64,000 bases of DNA from Botryllus schlosseri (Eukaryota). The translations under genes and the position numbers were made by a program. The notes under the pieces are model-generated. The model had not been told where the DNA came from, searched no databases, and saw nothing but the letters and a program-made list of their open reading frames with translations. The DNA is taken from contig CM119372.1 of the NCBI GenBank assembly GCA_051294905.1, forward strand, positions 7,690,001 to 7,754,000, given 5' to 3'. Shown in pieces: positions 21,951 through 35,600 of the stretch; position 1 is the first letter of the stretch, and every line of letters begins with the position of its first letter.

Positions 21951-22510
21951 GTATTAGGGTTGGGGAAAGGGGGATATTAGGGTTTGGAAGGGGGATGTTA
22001 GGGTTGGGGAAAAGAGGGATATTAGGGTTTGTAAGGGAGATGTTAGGGTTGGGGGAAAGAGGGATATTAGGGTTTGTAAGGGAGATGTTAGGGTTGGGGG
22101 AAAGAGGGATATTAGGGTTGGGGAAAGGGGGATATTAGGGTTTGGGGAAAGGAGGATATTAGAGTTTGGGGAAAGGGAGATTGGAGGTGGGTTAGGGTAT
22201 CCCAAGATTAGGGTTGGGGATGTTAGGGAAGGGTGGAATATTAGGTTGGGGGATTGGAGGTGGGTTCGGCTATCCCAAGATTAGGGTGTGGGGATGTTAG
22301 GGAAGATATTAGGTTGGGGGAAAAGGTGATGGGAAGTGGGTTAGGGTATCCCAAGATTAGGGAAGGGGGATATTAGGTTAGGGGAAAGGGTGATTGGAGG
22401 TGGGTTAGGGTATCCCAAGATTAGGGTTGTGGGAAATGTGGATATTAGGGGAAAGGGGGATTGGAGGTTGGTTAGGGTCAAAGTTGGGGTTAGGATATCC
22501 CAAGATTAGT
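21951..22510 (+). repeat. G-rich degenerate minisatellite with many TTAGGG hexamers
   Basis: Units such as gggatattagggttgggg and ggttagggtatcccaagattaggg. Confidence 0.85.
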
Positions 22511-23690
22511 GCCGAGTTCACCGGCAAACATTCCAGTAACCAATCATGGTGACCGGTACCGCTACGCGATCTACCACGGCACGTGATTCTTCTTTATCTG
22601 AGATATATATTTAATGCATTTTTATTACAAAATTTCCCGATGGCCGAGTTCACCAATGGCCGAAATCACCAAGTGCCGAGTTCGTCCGGCCGAATTCACC
22701 AAGTGCCGAGTTCACTGGTAATCATTGAGTAGATATTTCATGATATAAAATATATATCAAAACCACAGTTCGCAGCGAAGTGTCTCTGCTAACTAACAGC
22801 AAAAAAACTCCATGACTTCTAATCTGATGAAAATAATTAGTCATTGCGGTAAAATAAAAATTATTAACCTCATAGCCTACTATACTCGTAGTCTCGTACG
22901 ATAGTCATAGCACACCTCAAAATCTCTACTCTTGATTGAGCCTTACCTTAGCCATTTTATATTTATAAATATTTCCTCGTATCTCACCAAGCCATAAAAT
23001 TAACCTACTTCAACTATAGTATAGTATACTAACTAGCCTTCACCATAGAAATTAATCTAAACTTGAATTCACTAATTCACATATACCCACGTAGGATATT
23101 GCGGACTTGCGGTTATATATTTCAGCCGACTGAGGTCATCCCTGATGTGAATTAGAACAGAAGATAACCATACTACTTAACATTCATCAAGAATTGACTA
23201 GTATAATGACGCAAACACGAATCGTCATACAAGGGTGCAATTTCAAACGTCACAGTTAGTGAGGAAGCATAGGAGTGATGGGTTTTGTATCATCAATTCA
23301 TCATAAGCTCCAATTTCTTCACTAGATGAAATACATACGACGGAGATCGCAACCCTTTATAACAAATAAAACATACCGCACCCCAACTTCCAGTCATTAG
23401 CCAATCATCCCTATCGTTCGGCGACAACGCAGTATAGTACCAGATCATAAAGATGAAAGCAAAAGTCCTATCATGATAGCGGCACCAAATGCCAAATGGT
23501 TAACAATGAAGCCGCGCGTCGCCCCATCGTAGTAGGGATTATATAGGAAAATGAGTTATTATATTCCTGCTTTACATGAACATAACGAGACATTTACTTA
23601 TTTTTAAGAATTGTGACATCATAAAGTGAATATAAATTGACAAGAACACAATTTTCAGCATTTTTCGATTGCTGCCCTATAGGTGAAGCC

Positions 23691-26600
23691 ATGGCCGGTA
23701 GCACGGCGAGGCTTCGACCTAATCTACCACAGTTCTCCTTTTTGGGTGCAATCAGACAACTGTTTCGGGAGAATAACCGAAGCGGCAAAAAAGAAGGGTC
23801 GCAGGATCCAACAAGGAATATACGACTCTCCGTTATCGAGGAAATGAGCGAAACATCGATTGCTTCGTACTCCCCGAAACAACAATACTCGGATTCAGAG
23901 TCTGCCATTGGTCGCATGGTTGCAATGAGCATGAAAGGTAGCTCAAGGTGCGTATATCTAATGACTGATCAAGGAGTGTAAATTCCTCATGTATAAACCA
24001 TATTCATTCTTACCGAAGTATCCTAGTTGCCATATAGTGCTTCCGCAGAATTGACTTTCCTACAGTAAGCCAAGTGTATCCGCGTATATTATTTGAAAAC
24101 TACTGTGGCTCTGATTTTCGAAATGTAAATATCCCTAGATTACAATCCAATTCAATTTACCATTATCATCATCATTGGTTTATTAGCAATTTTATCAGTT
24201 CCATACACCACAAAAATACGATACAATGAAAAGATAGGAAGGTGTCGAAGCGACTTGGAGTAGCCTATGGAATCAGACAATCACATTGGCCTAGGCCAGA
24301 CCAAGGCAGAGTGCGGCCCGCGGAGCTATTCTGAGTGACCCGCGAATAGTTGCTTGAAATTCAAAACATTAAACCTACTTTTTCATGTTCCTGCATGGAC
24401 TAAAACCATAGCTGTGGAAACTAAACCAAACCGTTTACTTTCAAGCCTGTTCAGTAATATGTCAGGATTCGAGTACTGAAACTGAAAGTTAATTTATCAG
24501 CGAGAATAATAGCTTCGGTACTATTTTCCAACGTGGAAGCCATGAAACCTCGATTGGCCGTATCGCAGCATACGAAACATATAGTACAAAGCTGCGAACG
24601 TTACTGGAAATACACATTTCCCAAGTCATGATCATCCCACAACATTCTCACAAAGTGCAATGAAATCGGTATATGGTCGAAAAATACCGAAGTATCTTTA
24701 CTGTGATGGATAAGAGGCGTTATATCCTTTGCGGTGGCATAAAAGGTACATATTTGAACTTTGACATATCACAATAGGTTGTGACGTCATAGTGAGTGAT
24801 ACTCGAATACTCGACTTGACTCGAAGCATAATACGTGATTCAGTAGCGAATCACTCAGGTAGGCTACTCGATTTTCTCCAGCCATACCTAGCCTATATAG
24901 CATAAGTTACTATGCGTCCTCGTTTAAGAGGATTTGTCCTCTTTTTTGAAAGTGTCCTCGGAGGACGCCCATATGTCGCCTTTTTTGAGACTTCGTCCTC
25001 TTTTTTGAGAGTGTTGGTTAAATATAGGGCAAAATTCGAGTGATAAACAGTAAATCAGCACTGAAGTAACGCTCCGGCGACTATTTCGGGAGCTGAGCCG
25101 GAAAGGTGACCTTTTTTTAGTCAGTCAGCCTACCAACCAACCAACCACATTTTTCCGGATTTCACTCCAGAATTTTAAGTCGGAAAATTTTGAAAAAGTG
25201 TCCTCTTTTCACATTTCCAAGATATGGTAACCCTAATATAGCATCCCTGGCCATAGCGTAGTACTACAATACCTCATTATCTGGCACTACCTGGCGGATC
25301 CGGTTCGATTCCCGTCAGAGGTTTATTTGGGCTCCTCTTCCCCCGCCGTCGCCGTTCTTACGGCGACAAAAAAAGCCCAGAAAAAGACCCGACGAAAGAA
25401 AGCACTCACAAGGAATGGAAAGAACTAGTAGAAAGGGCCGCGGCTTCAAAAAGATCAACATCGAAAAGAACTGTGACATCGGGCACTCTAGGCCGAGGTG
25501 GATGTTGAGTAACGGATCGCTACTGATGCGTGTCGTTCGACATCCTCCTATCTGTTCATTACATCGCATTGTGTCTTATCGTATTGTGCATTGTGTGTGG
25601 CTTGTTCAGATTATACGATTATAAAAAAAACTTGAAATCCCGTTTGAGAACTAGTGCCTATAGGGAGCTATGCCTGGAAATCTATCTAGTTATCGCGGAC
25701 ACATCACGTCAGCCGGGATGGCCCGTATGTGCTGACTGCATTCTATATTCTATATATATAATAATATTTTTGTCAGTTCAAAACACCACAAGATTGCGAA
25801 TCGCGATACAATCAATAGAAAAGATCAGGTTGATGTTTGCAATAAACAGTGTTCAGTATATGTCATGGATATTATCAACCCTACAAAACACATAGGCCCC
25901 GATGGCATATGCATGGCTTACATCAGACCAAAAACGAAGAATCGTTTATTAATTTCAGGCCAACCGACGGAAAGCGGGCAAAAAGGTGTCCGTATCTGGC
26001 ACGTATGATAGAACGTCTTAGGAGATCGGGACGGGCGTCAGCGGAGCCGGAAAATACCCGAAAACATCTCGGCGAAAATATCGCTACAGGGAGGCCGATG
26101 GAATGGGAGCCGCCTAAATATTCCGGAAAAGGTGCCCCCAAGCCCAGGCCGAAACGAAGGCCGCCGAGATCTGAACGGTGGGAGAGAGTGGTGCATTCAG
26201 TCAAACATTCCTCGACCAGAGCTTTTAGTAAGTATTACGCCTGGGCAAAATAGAGTAACTGAACATGTGAACAATTCGATTCTGAATCGAGTATTATTAA
26301 TGAAGCCTCGATTCAAGTCGAGTATCACTCATGATGACGTCACAATCATGTGAATGATGCGGAAAATTCAAATATGTACCTTTTACGCTACCACAAAGAA
26401 TATGGTTTCAGTTCTACATCACATAAAAGATAATTTGGTAATTTTTTCGACCATACCTTAGATTTCATTGCACTAGCCTGTGGCAAAACAGATATGTCAT
26501 TTCCACTAAATTTTTCTTTACAGGCTCCGTGAAAAGAAATGAGAAAGGTATTTGCACGGTTCTTCGAGTGATCGCCGTGATGTCGTTCTGCGCATGCGCA

Positions 26601-29600
26601 GCCGGAGTGACGTTTCTTGCGATTGCATTGGGTATGCGTTGTCAATTTTCGCGCGGAGTTATCTGGCCCGCGTGTATAGGGGTAACCAATCGCTGAAAGT
26701 CGCTCTTGCTGGTTACTACCTTGCATACGACGCCGCGGCGGTGGTCAGTAATCAATAACTTCTTATTTTTCCGAGTACTCGAAGTAGATTTTAACTACTA
26801 GCGGTTATGTCTTGAGACTATACTATCTTCCACTTGGAATTTTTAGGCAAAGCCACTGAATTTTTTCACCTCGGAGTTTGAAAAGTAAGGAGTAGTTTTG
26901 GAATGCTTGCATCAATTTTATGCGTGAAAACGTGAAATTTTCATGACAAATGGGCGAAAGAGTGCCTGTATTGCTGTGACTGAATATATTTTCAAAACTG
27001 GCACCTATAGATTTAGTATAATTACAGTTATGTTACGTTAGTCCACGGCCATGGTTAGTCGCAAGGATGCATCTTTCAATCTCGAAAGTGGTCACCTCCG
27101 CGATTAACCGCAAAAGGTATGCGATCCATCGACCAAATCTACTATGTCAAATTACTATCTTGAGTATACTTTTAAATTTTAATATCTTGATTCCCCTTCC
27201 ACTTCAAATAGTATTGACATGCCTCTTAAACTGCTACTTCTACTTGTAATTGATTATAGAAATTAATGCGCTACAGATATTTCTACATGAGTGACAACTC
27301 CAACTAATTTTTTTTTACCGCCGCCGCGTCGCGATTCTATCTCAAAATACGCATTTTGACAGGAGCGTCTCATCTACTCATGGGTGACTCAAGTGCGGAA
27401 CAGCAAGGTTCCATGCGCCAGTTCCTCTTTACTCTTCAGGTGCGTTTCGCATTTCCATCGCTTGCATTTTCATGTTGAGTTGTATTGATTTTCATTCAGT
27501 GTGCATGCTACATCTTTTTTACATCGTTTACCCCGGAGGGTTTTCGACTCATTCCCCTCCCCTGTTCAGTTCGACATAAATTTTCGCCCACCTTATTTAC
27601 GGAGCCAAAAAAGAGGACATATAAACGGGAAATTTATTTACTCAACTCTGAGAAAGATATAAATGCCCCGAAAACTGGTTTCCGCGTCTACTTTCCATTG
27701 CTTTGACATTTTTAGTCCACTTTTGCGTCATATGCAGAATATGCCGTCTTCAAGCGCATTTTTTTGGCCTTAATAATTAAATTTGTGTCACTGGGCGTTC
27801 TAGCATCTCCTCTCCGACGCCCTTTGGTATTTTCACCCCCTTGTTTCTCAAAATCGCCCACTGGGGGCGATATCGCCCACGTTCGGAACCACTGGGGCAG
27901 CCCCAGGTATAGGTATCTGATATTTCGAGACTACTCCAGGTCGTTTCGACACCTTCCTATCTTTTCATTGTATCTCAATATTGTGGTGTTTGTTAAAAAG
28001 TAAAATTAATATTAAATTGATGGTGATGATGATCGCTATTTCAGGTTCAGGAGATAGACAACGCTGACACGGAATGGAGCAGTGACTTGAATCAACTGGA
28101 CTCGCCGAAGGCGCGAAATATCATTGATGCGCTAAGTCCAAAAGTGAATAGTCCTCGGTCAGTAGTCTGTTTGTGGTCACAATCATAGGCTGTTTCTTCA
28201 GATCCGCGAGGCTTTCGATTCGGAAGGATTGAATGCGGAAGACATACGCGCGACTGAAATTCGGCCAGTGAGCGTGGCCTTCTACAAAGTGTTCAACAAC
28301 ACGGTGTCGTCTCTCACGTCTAACGAGGAGATTTCGATGGTATCTAGTTATAAGGACGATAACGGCAAAGGAATTGCTGAGGATGACAGGGTATAAAGTG
28401 CACGCGCTACAATCTCTACCCAGCTATACACTGTAAACGTAAACCAAAATAGTGCACAGGGTGAAAATCTGATAAACGCCGCTTTATGGTAAGATATACT
28501 TGCCTTTCATACCCGTTACAGAGGGTGAAATTGAGTCAAATACACCAATCATTATGGAGGTGGAGATACATCTCAGGGGTAATATGCTAATACGTGTAAT
28601 AAGCTAATAACTGTTGATCCGACGATGATATCGAGAGTTCCAACCATTCCATATCGTATACGCCCGACTATATCGGGTGCAAATCGTCCGTAGGCTCATA
28701 TACTACATGCTTTTTCGAAAGTATTTACACAATTATGACATAATTATACAACCCTCCACTCCACACCAAAGTAGGAGTTGTGCATCGGGATCTCAAGAAT
28801 TATGAAAATGTGAATCGGCACCGCTAAGATTCGGGTGAACAATGTACGCAAATTGCACCCCCCACAGTTTTAGCGAAAAAAGTGTGTATTCGCTCGCATC
28901 TTAAACGTGGTACGGAAACAGAGTCCAAATCAGAATTATGTCGCGATTATAAATCCTACACTCCTTTACGTACAATGTACATGCAATATTTGGATGAAAC
29001 TGTTATGTTTGATTTATACCGTGGTGTAAGTCGGAGATATGTTCTGCCTTCGTCTACCACGGGTGTACTGTATATTCACACCTGTATATCACGGGTGGTA
29101 CACGGTTGTGAATGCGCACTTTTTTTTCGCTAGGAGTGCACATATAATCCACGCCTCAATCTAGCTTTTCCCCGTCCCGCTGGCGAATACATGATTACTG
29201 AATCTGCCTTCGTCACAAGCAGTTGCGTCACTATTTGTAGCCTATTCCCCAAGGCCATCGAAACGTCATCCGGATTCTCTTCGAAACAACCGGAGACCCG
29301 GCCAGCAATCCAGGAATGGCGTCGCAAGTCGGGGATACGGAGAACGAGAAAATAAAACTGATGCTCGACAAGTACCTGGGCAATCAAGGCGTCGTAGCCA
29401 AAGCCGAGTCTTTCGCCGGTAGGTTTTTGTCACGGCGCGAGACTGAGATGATGAATTTATCGTATGCGACCGTTTAGTGTCACCCGAATTCCGGCGATCC
29501 GCGAGGACTTTGCAAAAGCCGTCGGACGGCGCTGAAGCAACGGTCGATGGCGGTAACAGTAAGTATAGATAACTAACCTACGGATAGATACACAACCCCC

Positions 29601-32600
29601 GTCGTCACGCTTGCTTGCCCGGAGGAAATTACTGCTCAGCAATCTGAACGCAACATCATTGCTAATCCCATAGCTGACGACCCGCTTGCCTAAATTCAAT
29701 AAAGTTGATCTTATTTGAAAGCTACTGCGGCACTGATTCCGAAAATATACATTAAAATCCAATCAGGGCAATGTAGCTCCCTTGAAAATCACCTCATAGT
29801 CTGAAAATCGGCATTGTTCCAAACAATCGCAGCGACATAGCACAATGACCATAACGATGGCCCTTGCGTGGTCGCGATTGTTCATAACAATGCCGATTTT
29901 CAGACTTTGAGGTGTATTTAAAGAGGGTTCCATTGCCCTGATTAGATTTTAATGTATATTTTTGGAATCAGTGCGACAGTATCTTTCAAATAAGATCGAC
30001 TTTATTGAATTTAAGCTCGCGGGTCGTCAGCTATGGGATTAGCAATTATGTTGCGTTCAGATTGCTGAGCAGTAATTTCCTCCGGGCAAGCAAGCGTGAC
30101 GACGGGGTTGCGTATCTATCCGTAGGTTAGTTATCTATACAGTAAGTGATATCTATTTCTGCATGCAATGTTCGCATATGGTCGCATTGATCACCCGAAA
30201 GTAGTGCGCTCAAACTCAGTTTTCTATATACAGATTTTAAGGCCAAACTGGCCAAGTGGCCATGGTCATGGTCAATAACGCCTAAACTGCAAACCTATCG
30301 CTGGAAAGTAGGTGTATATATCAGGTTTCCACCACAACACACGGTGTAAATTATTTCTATCCCCATAACAATTGGTGCCAAACACTGAATTTTATTACAA
30401 TTAGACGGAATTACACCCTTTCTCCTCCTATGAATTAAAGCCACGTTACGGTAATTGGTAATGCGATTTTTTGACAGGTCAAAAAAAGTCAAAACTGTAG
30501 CGTTACGTAAAAAAATGTCAAATTTTTTTACAAAGTTAAAACTTTTTTTCAACCTGCATTCCGTTTGTATCGTAGATTTTGCACTGTGGGTAACTTATCA
30601 TTTGACATTTTACAGCTTGTAGCCTACTTTATAGGCATACGGTTGTATACGGCCCATTGTCTGCTCGTTGTGAAACAGAGACATTCAAATGAAACAAATA
30701 GGTTGACATGGTGTTATGCTCAACGCACTCGGTGGTAGTATATAATTTCGATGATATTTCAATTAAACAATTTCACGATCTCGTTATGATCATACCTTGC
30801 TGGCAAAAGTTGAGGAAACCGCTAAGTCTATTCGTGGGCTGAATTTGTAAAATAACTTCCATTTGTTGCTTTTATGTCCGTTTTTGTAAATTTTGCTTCC
30901 AACTACGAAGGGAATTTAAGCATCATCAAACTCAAACCCGTTTTCGTCTGTAGGCATCTCCATAGACTGCTACAGAACTGGAGAATCGTTGGGTGTCACC
31001 CGTTCCACCGTGATATGCCCGCCAAAATGCCGGGATGTCAAAAACGGCGTCGTCATAGGAACCGACTGGTATTATATCAGCTCCATGATTTGCCTTGCTG
31101 CTATTCATAGCCACCTTATCGAGGTAAGACACTCATTTGGAAATGTGACAAAGGCTAATATTCATAGAGGTTCGTGAGGAGGAGATATCGGCTGGGTTAT
31201 TGCCTTACTAAATTGTGGATGTGTGTAAGACTATTTAAAACAAAAATCAATTTGAAATAAACACGTTTAAAACATGTCTTCGATTGTTCATTTTAACCAT
31301 GACGTCACAAATTTTCGGTTGTTACGTCACGGTGGATTGGCATTGTTAATTGGTTACGAGTCTTACAATCGGAAATACATTTCATAGTGTTAATACGGTT
31401 CAGTATCGAGTTCGAGTTCGGTTAAACTCACGTCTTTGAAACTCTTGGGTGATATCGAAGGCCTCAGAGACATATATTCTCTTTGCATGTAGTTAGTGTA
31501 TAGAGCCGGCTATAGCGTCACAGAACTAACCTTCTCCATACACTATACCAGTGGTCGGGAACCTATGGCTCGCGAGCCATATATGGTTCTTTTGGGCATA
31601 AGATATGGCTCTTTTCGAAATTTTTGTTTTTGTGCTTAATTTATCAAAACTGCAGCAACTTGTTCATAAATCTTCGGCACCACCAGTATAATTTTTCTTG
31701 CGGTATTATAAACATGTCTTTGAGAGGTTTATACAGTTGCGTAATCGGGGTTTGGGGCTCGGACCCCCTTTTCAAAATCCTCAAATTTAAGCTGATGTAT
31801 CGCCGGCGACCAATATCACTCTGGATTTCGATATACCCGCCACGAAATCTTGGATTGCACGATACGTTGATTGATCAAAGAGCCCATATAGGAGACATGG
31901 CGGCGCCTGTATCACAATGCAGTTTTCAAATACATATTTTCTTACTGATCTACGGCGAGAAATGAATTGTCGTGGGTTGAAGTGACATTCACAATTACAA
32001 ATTCAAATTACAAACAACGCCATAGTAATCCACGTTATTGATTGACAACGTGTAGCTTGGTAGTCGCTTTTAAAATATGGATGTGTGCCGCAACGTTATG
32101 TTACCGTCGAATACTTTGAGAATTGAGAAATCGAATCGGTATCAGTGCGACAATTACATTCGATTAATATCAGTTATTATAAGTTCTAAGATATTTCCGC
32201 CGAATTGCGCTATCACAAGTAAGGCATGGCCCGGCCGTGCTTCACATACGCCTTACCTCTTCTTTCGCGCTTTATTGTCGAACAATTTGGTAGTAGAAAT
32301 GTTCAAAATCTAGTATACAGGTGAGGCGCTGGCTCACTTGCCTCCCCTGATCCCACGTCATTGACACATCACACATTACAGTGGGTATGTATACTGCTGT
32401 ATAGTGACCATGTCTGGCTCGACCTACGTATGTCATCATGGGTCCTCGCATCTAATTTTGTATGAACAACAATTATCAACCAATCAATCAATCAATCATT
32501 TTTTATTTGTCACACCAGTGAAAATCCGGTACGGACCAGGATGACGACGAGGGGCCGCAAGGCCTTAGTACACAGTCGCCACCTGAAGGAGTATACACAT

Positions 32601-35600
32601 TATATTCAATGGCACAAAACAAATGACAATAAATATACAAAACTACAAGAAAAGCAGAGAAAAAAAATTCAACAAGGATATACGAGCTATAAATATTACA
32701 GTCTCAAGACAGCAGTGCAGAAAAGGGTCAATAGAGTAGATTATACGGTACTTTCCAACAATAAGACAGTAGTCAACCAGACTACAAAGCCATCAGGAAT
32801 AACATGCAACACGAGAAGATGCATTAACTGTTAAAAGCGTGTAAAAGTATATTCACTGCTACTACGTATGTTGGAATTCTAAATGTTAATCGTCTTGGGC
32901 TTCGAAAAATATCACAGGCCACCCAGTGCAATACGATTAGAAATATATAACTTGCAAAAGATCTATGTAACTCAAGTTTGGTATGATCATTACTCAAATA
33001 TGACGATCAGCATGATTAGTAAGAGTTTTTACCGAGGAAATAGGTGCAAACGACGAATCCCGTGTAGTGATTTCGAATTTGTGCTACTATGACGTCACCA
33101 TTTTTCAATTGTGACGTAATAGCTGATCGACATGTATGGCTCTTTGGGAGTTAAAATGGAAAATATAGGCTCAATATGGCTCTTCGGACGAAAAAGGTTC
33201 CCGACCACTGCACTATACAGTATACATGTATCTTGAGGAAGTGAGTAAGCCCCTTTAATGTCGAAAAATTTAACTAGAGATGTGCCAACATCACGAAGTC
33301 ACTGTGAAGAATGTGGAACACGATGCCTATACTGCGTAGGCCTATACTTAATAAATAGACTTTAATATTTATCACATACATAAACGTATTTTTGCGAATA
33401 GTGAAGCAGTGTACTTAATACATAACAAGCCTATCACGAATATTTAGAACGATGCGGGCGGCAGCGTTGAGTACCTTCAATCGGGAAACGCGTTTCTCTT
33501 CCCGGGCTCCACAAAAAATGAGGTAACTTCCACAAGCCTCTTCAAATACGGACGCAGGTTTTATATCAAAAGTACGCCCATTAGGTTTTAGACATTTGAT
33601 TTTACGCCAACTACCTCAGCGTTGAATATTCAGGACCGGGTCCTAGTTGGACGACCACTACGATACCTGCGCCCCAACCTACTGTTCTACCTGGACTGCA
33701 GGGCACACGCGGAGTCGTAATGACAGGTAAATCGGACTGTTTTCATTGGGAGGAGATTTTGACAACGAAACGGTACTCATATATCCCGACTGTTCCGTAT
33801 AGGTCAGATGACAGCTATATCGCTTGATGGAAACCCACTGACTTATACATTGAGTTTATCGTACAGCTCAGTGCTGAAAGGAAAGATGACAGCTTTGTTG
33901 CAAAATAAGGTATTTATAGCCGTGTTTAATCTGCTGATATCAGTAACACCAACGTCCACCATGATAGGGTTAATAGCGAATTTTGTCGGCAAAATCTCTC
34001 ACTGATGGAGATGACATCATAGCCCTCACCTTGAAATATAGACTATGTTTATGTCACTTCAGTTCTTCCCCCCTAGTCCGTGCGTAGTCGCACCCTAAAT
34101 TTGATACGCGAGAGCGGAACCCAATACCTCAGAATTCAGAAGCCCCGTTCTCGGGGTGTTGATCGCCTGGACTGCTGTGTTTCAATTTCGAGTGAATTTG
34201 AGCCAATCATTGTTATCAGTCGGCGTTTGTCTTTCTTTGTATATATTCAATTGCAAGTCAGGTTCGTCTGGTTTATGAAGAATTTTCATCCTTTCAAAAC
34301 ACCACACGACCGCGATACGATGAAAAGATAGAAGGGTGTCGTATCTACTGGGAGTAGTCGTTGAAATCAGACACCACCAAGGGCCTAGGCGATGTAAAAA
34401 GGACAAACTGAGGTGGCATGTGACGGCAGGCCAGATCGATATGTCTGGCCGTCGTCGGGTAGACTTGAGGGCTGACTAGTATTTATTCAGTAGAAATTGC
34501 TTGTACTTCGCAAAAGAGACGGTTGGTTGGATTGATTCATGCTCTAAATCGGGGGTCATCAACACACAGCCCGCAAGGTCAAATTTTGCGGCCCGCAACC
34601 TAATTTGAGATTTCGTAAGAAAATTGATTTCAGTTAAAAATATTGTTGTTGTTGTTCAAAATAAGATATTCTACGCACTAGCTGATACGGCTTCGGCGAT
34701 AATAAGAAATGCATATTCATTGTACTGTAAACTTGTAATGCCGTGGAGCACAAAGCCTCAAAGACAGGCTATAAGCACCACTGATGTGAATGATAATAAT
34801 AATAATAATGTGGCGATGCAAAATAAACATTGTACCGATAGTCATTGGCGCTACAGGGGTCGTGAGCAAAAAACTCATGAGACATATCCAACAAATTCCG
34901 GGTAACGTTCGATTCGACATGATCCAAAAGATCACATTATTGTGTACTGTGCACATTCTTCGGAAGGCCTTGAATGCACCACTGGACTAAAATTACACTT
35001 GTGAATCACAGCATAATTTCTGTAATTCCGATTCTTCATCTTCAATCATCTCTACCTCTGCTCTGTAACCCTTGATAATTCTTCATCTGCTGCAATTCTG
35101 TAATCTGACTTCTCCGTGTATTGCATAGGAATAACAATTTGAATGTGTTACTGAAATTTTAAAAATTTACTCCAATCTCGCCATTTTCCTTTGGGGGCAG
35201 GTTGCTCCCCGGATTATGTGTGTATCTACCAGTTTTACTGTGAATAAAGAATATAATAATAATACCGCGGTATCCATTCTATTTTCGTGTGGCACCTTTG
35301 GGGTGTGGATACACACTACACAGTAACACACTCTTTTGTCTAATAGTGAGGTATGTTCGCTGGTAAGCGTTTTAATATGCCGTGTTCGATTTGACTCGAA
35401 GCAAATACACCTATGCTATGTATATTGTATATTTGCGCAAGTCTCATGATTATAGTCCGCCAATTTCCAAATATCTTTCGAGCTCTTCTACTCACTGGAG
35501 GACATGAGTTTCCGGGTCGAAAAAATACGAGTGTCCAACTTTCAACCAGACACCGGCACTGCGATTGCACTGCGTTTCTCCTTCGAGATGCAAGGCAACT

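Larger units (their letters stand above)
20444..22723. mobile_element. TIR element with subterminal 17-bp tandem repeats and a G-rich TTAGGG-containing core
   Basis: Inverted arrays gaactcggcacttggtgaattcggcc / ggccgaattcaccaagtgccgagttc. The flank tcattgagtag is duplicated at 20434-20444 and 22722-22732. Confidence 0.8.

Noticed and set aside
21951..22510. True telomere or chromosome fusion site
   Set aside because: Repeats are degenerate, one orientation only, and enclosed by transposon TIRs.
25245..25321. tRNA-like or SINE head (GGTTCGATTCC B-box)
   Set aside because: No A-box or cloverleaf can be built, and it coincides with a predicted splice acceptor.
25530..25620. Hydrophobic stretch YIALCLIVLCIVCG as the protease's TM segment
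   Set aside because: No good flanking splice sites and looks like T/G-rich intron; exon 26524-26631 gives a phase-compatible TM.
28427..28890. CACTG-terminated (CMC/EnSpm-like) element, with a similar start at ~41081
   Set aside because: The right terminus and TSD could not be defined.
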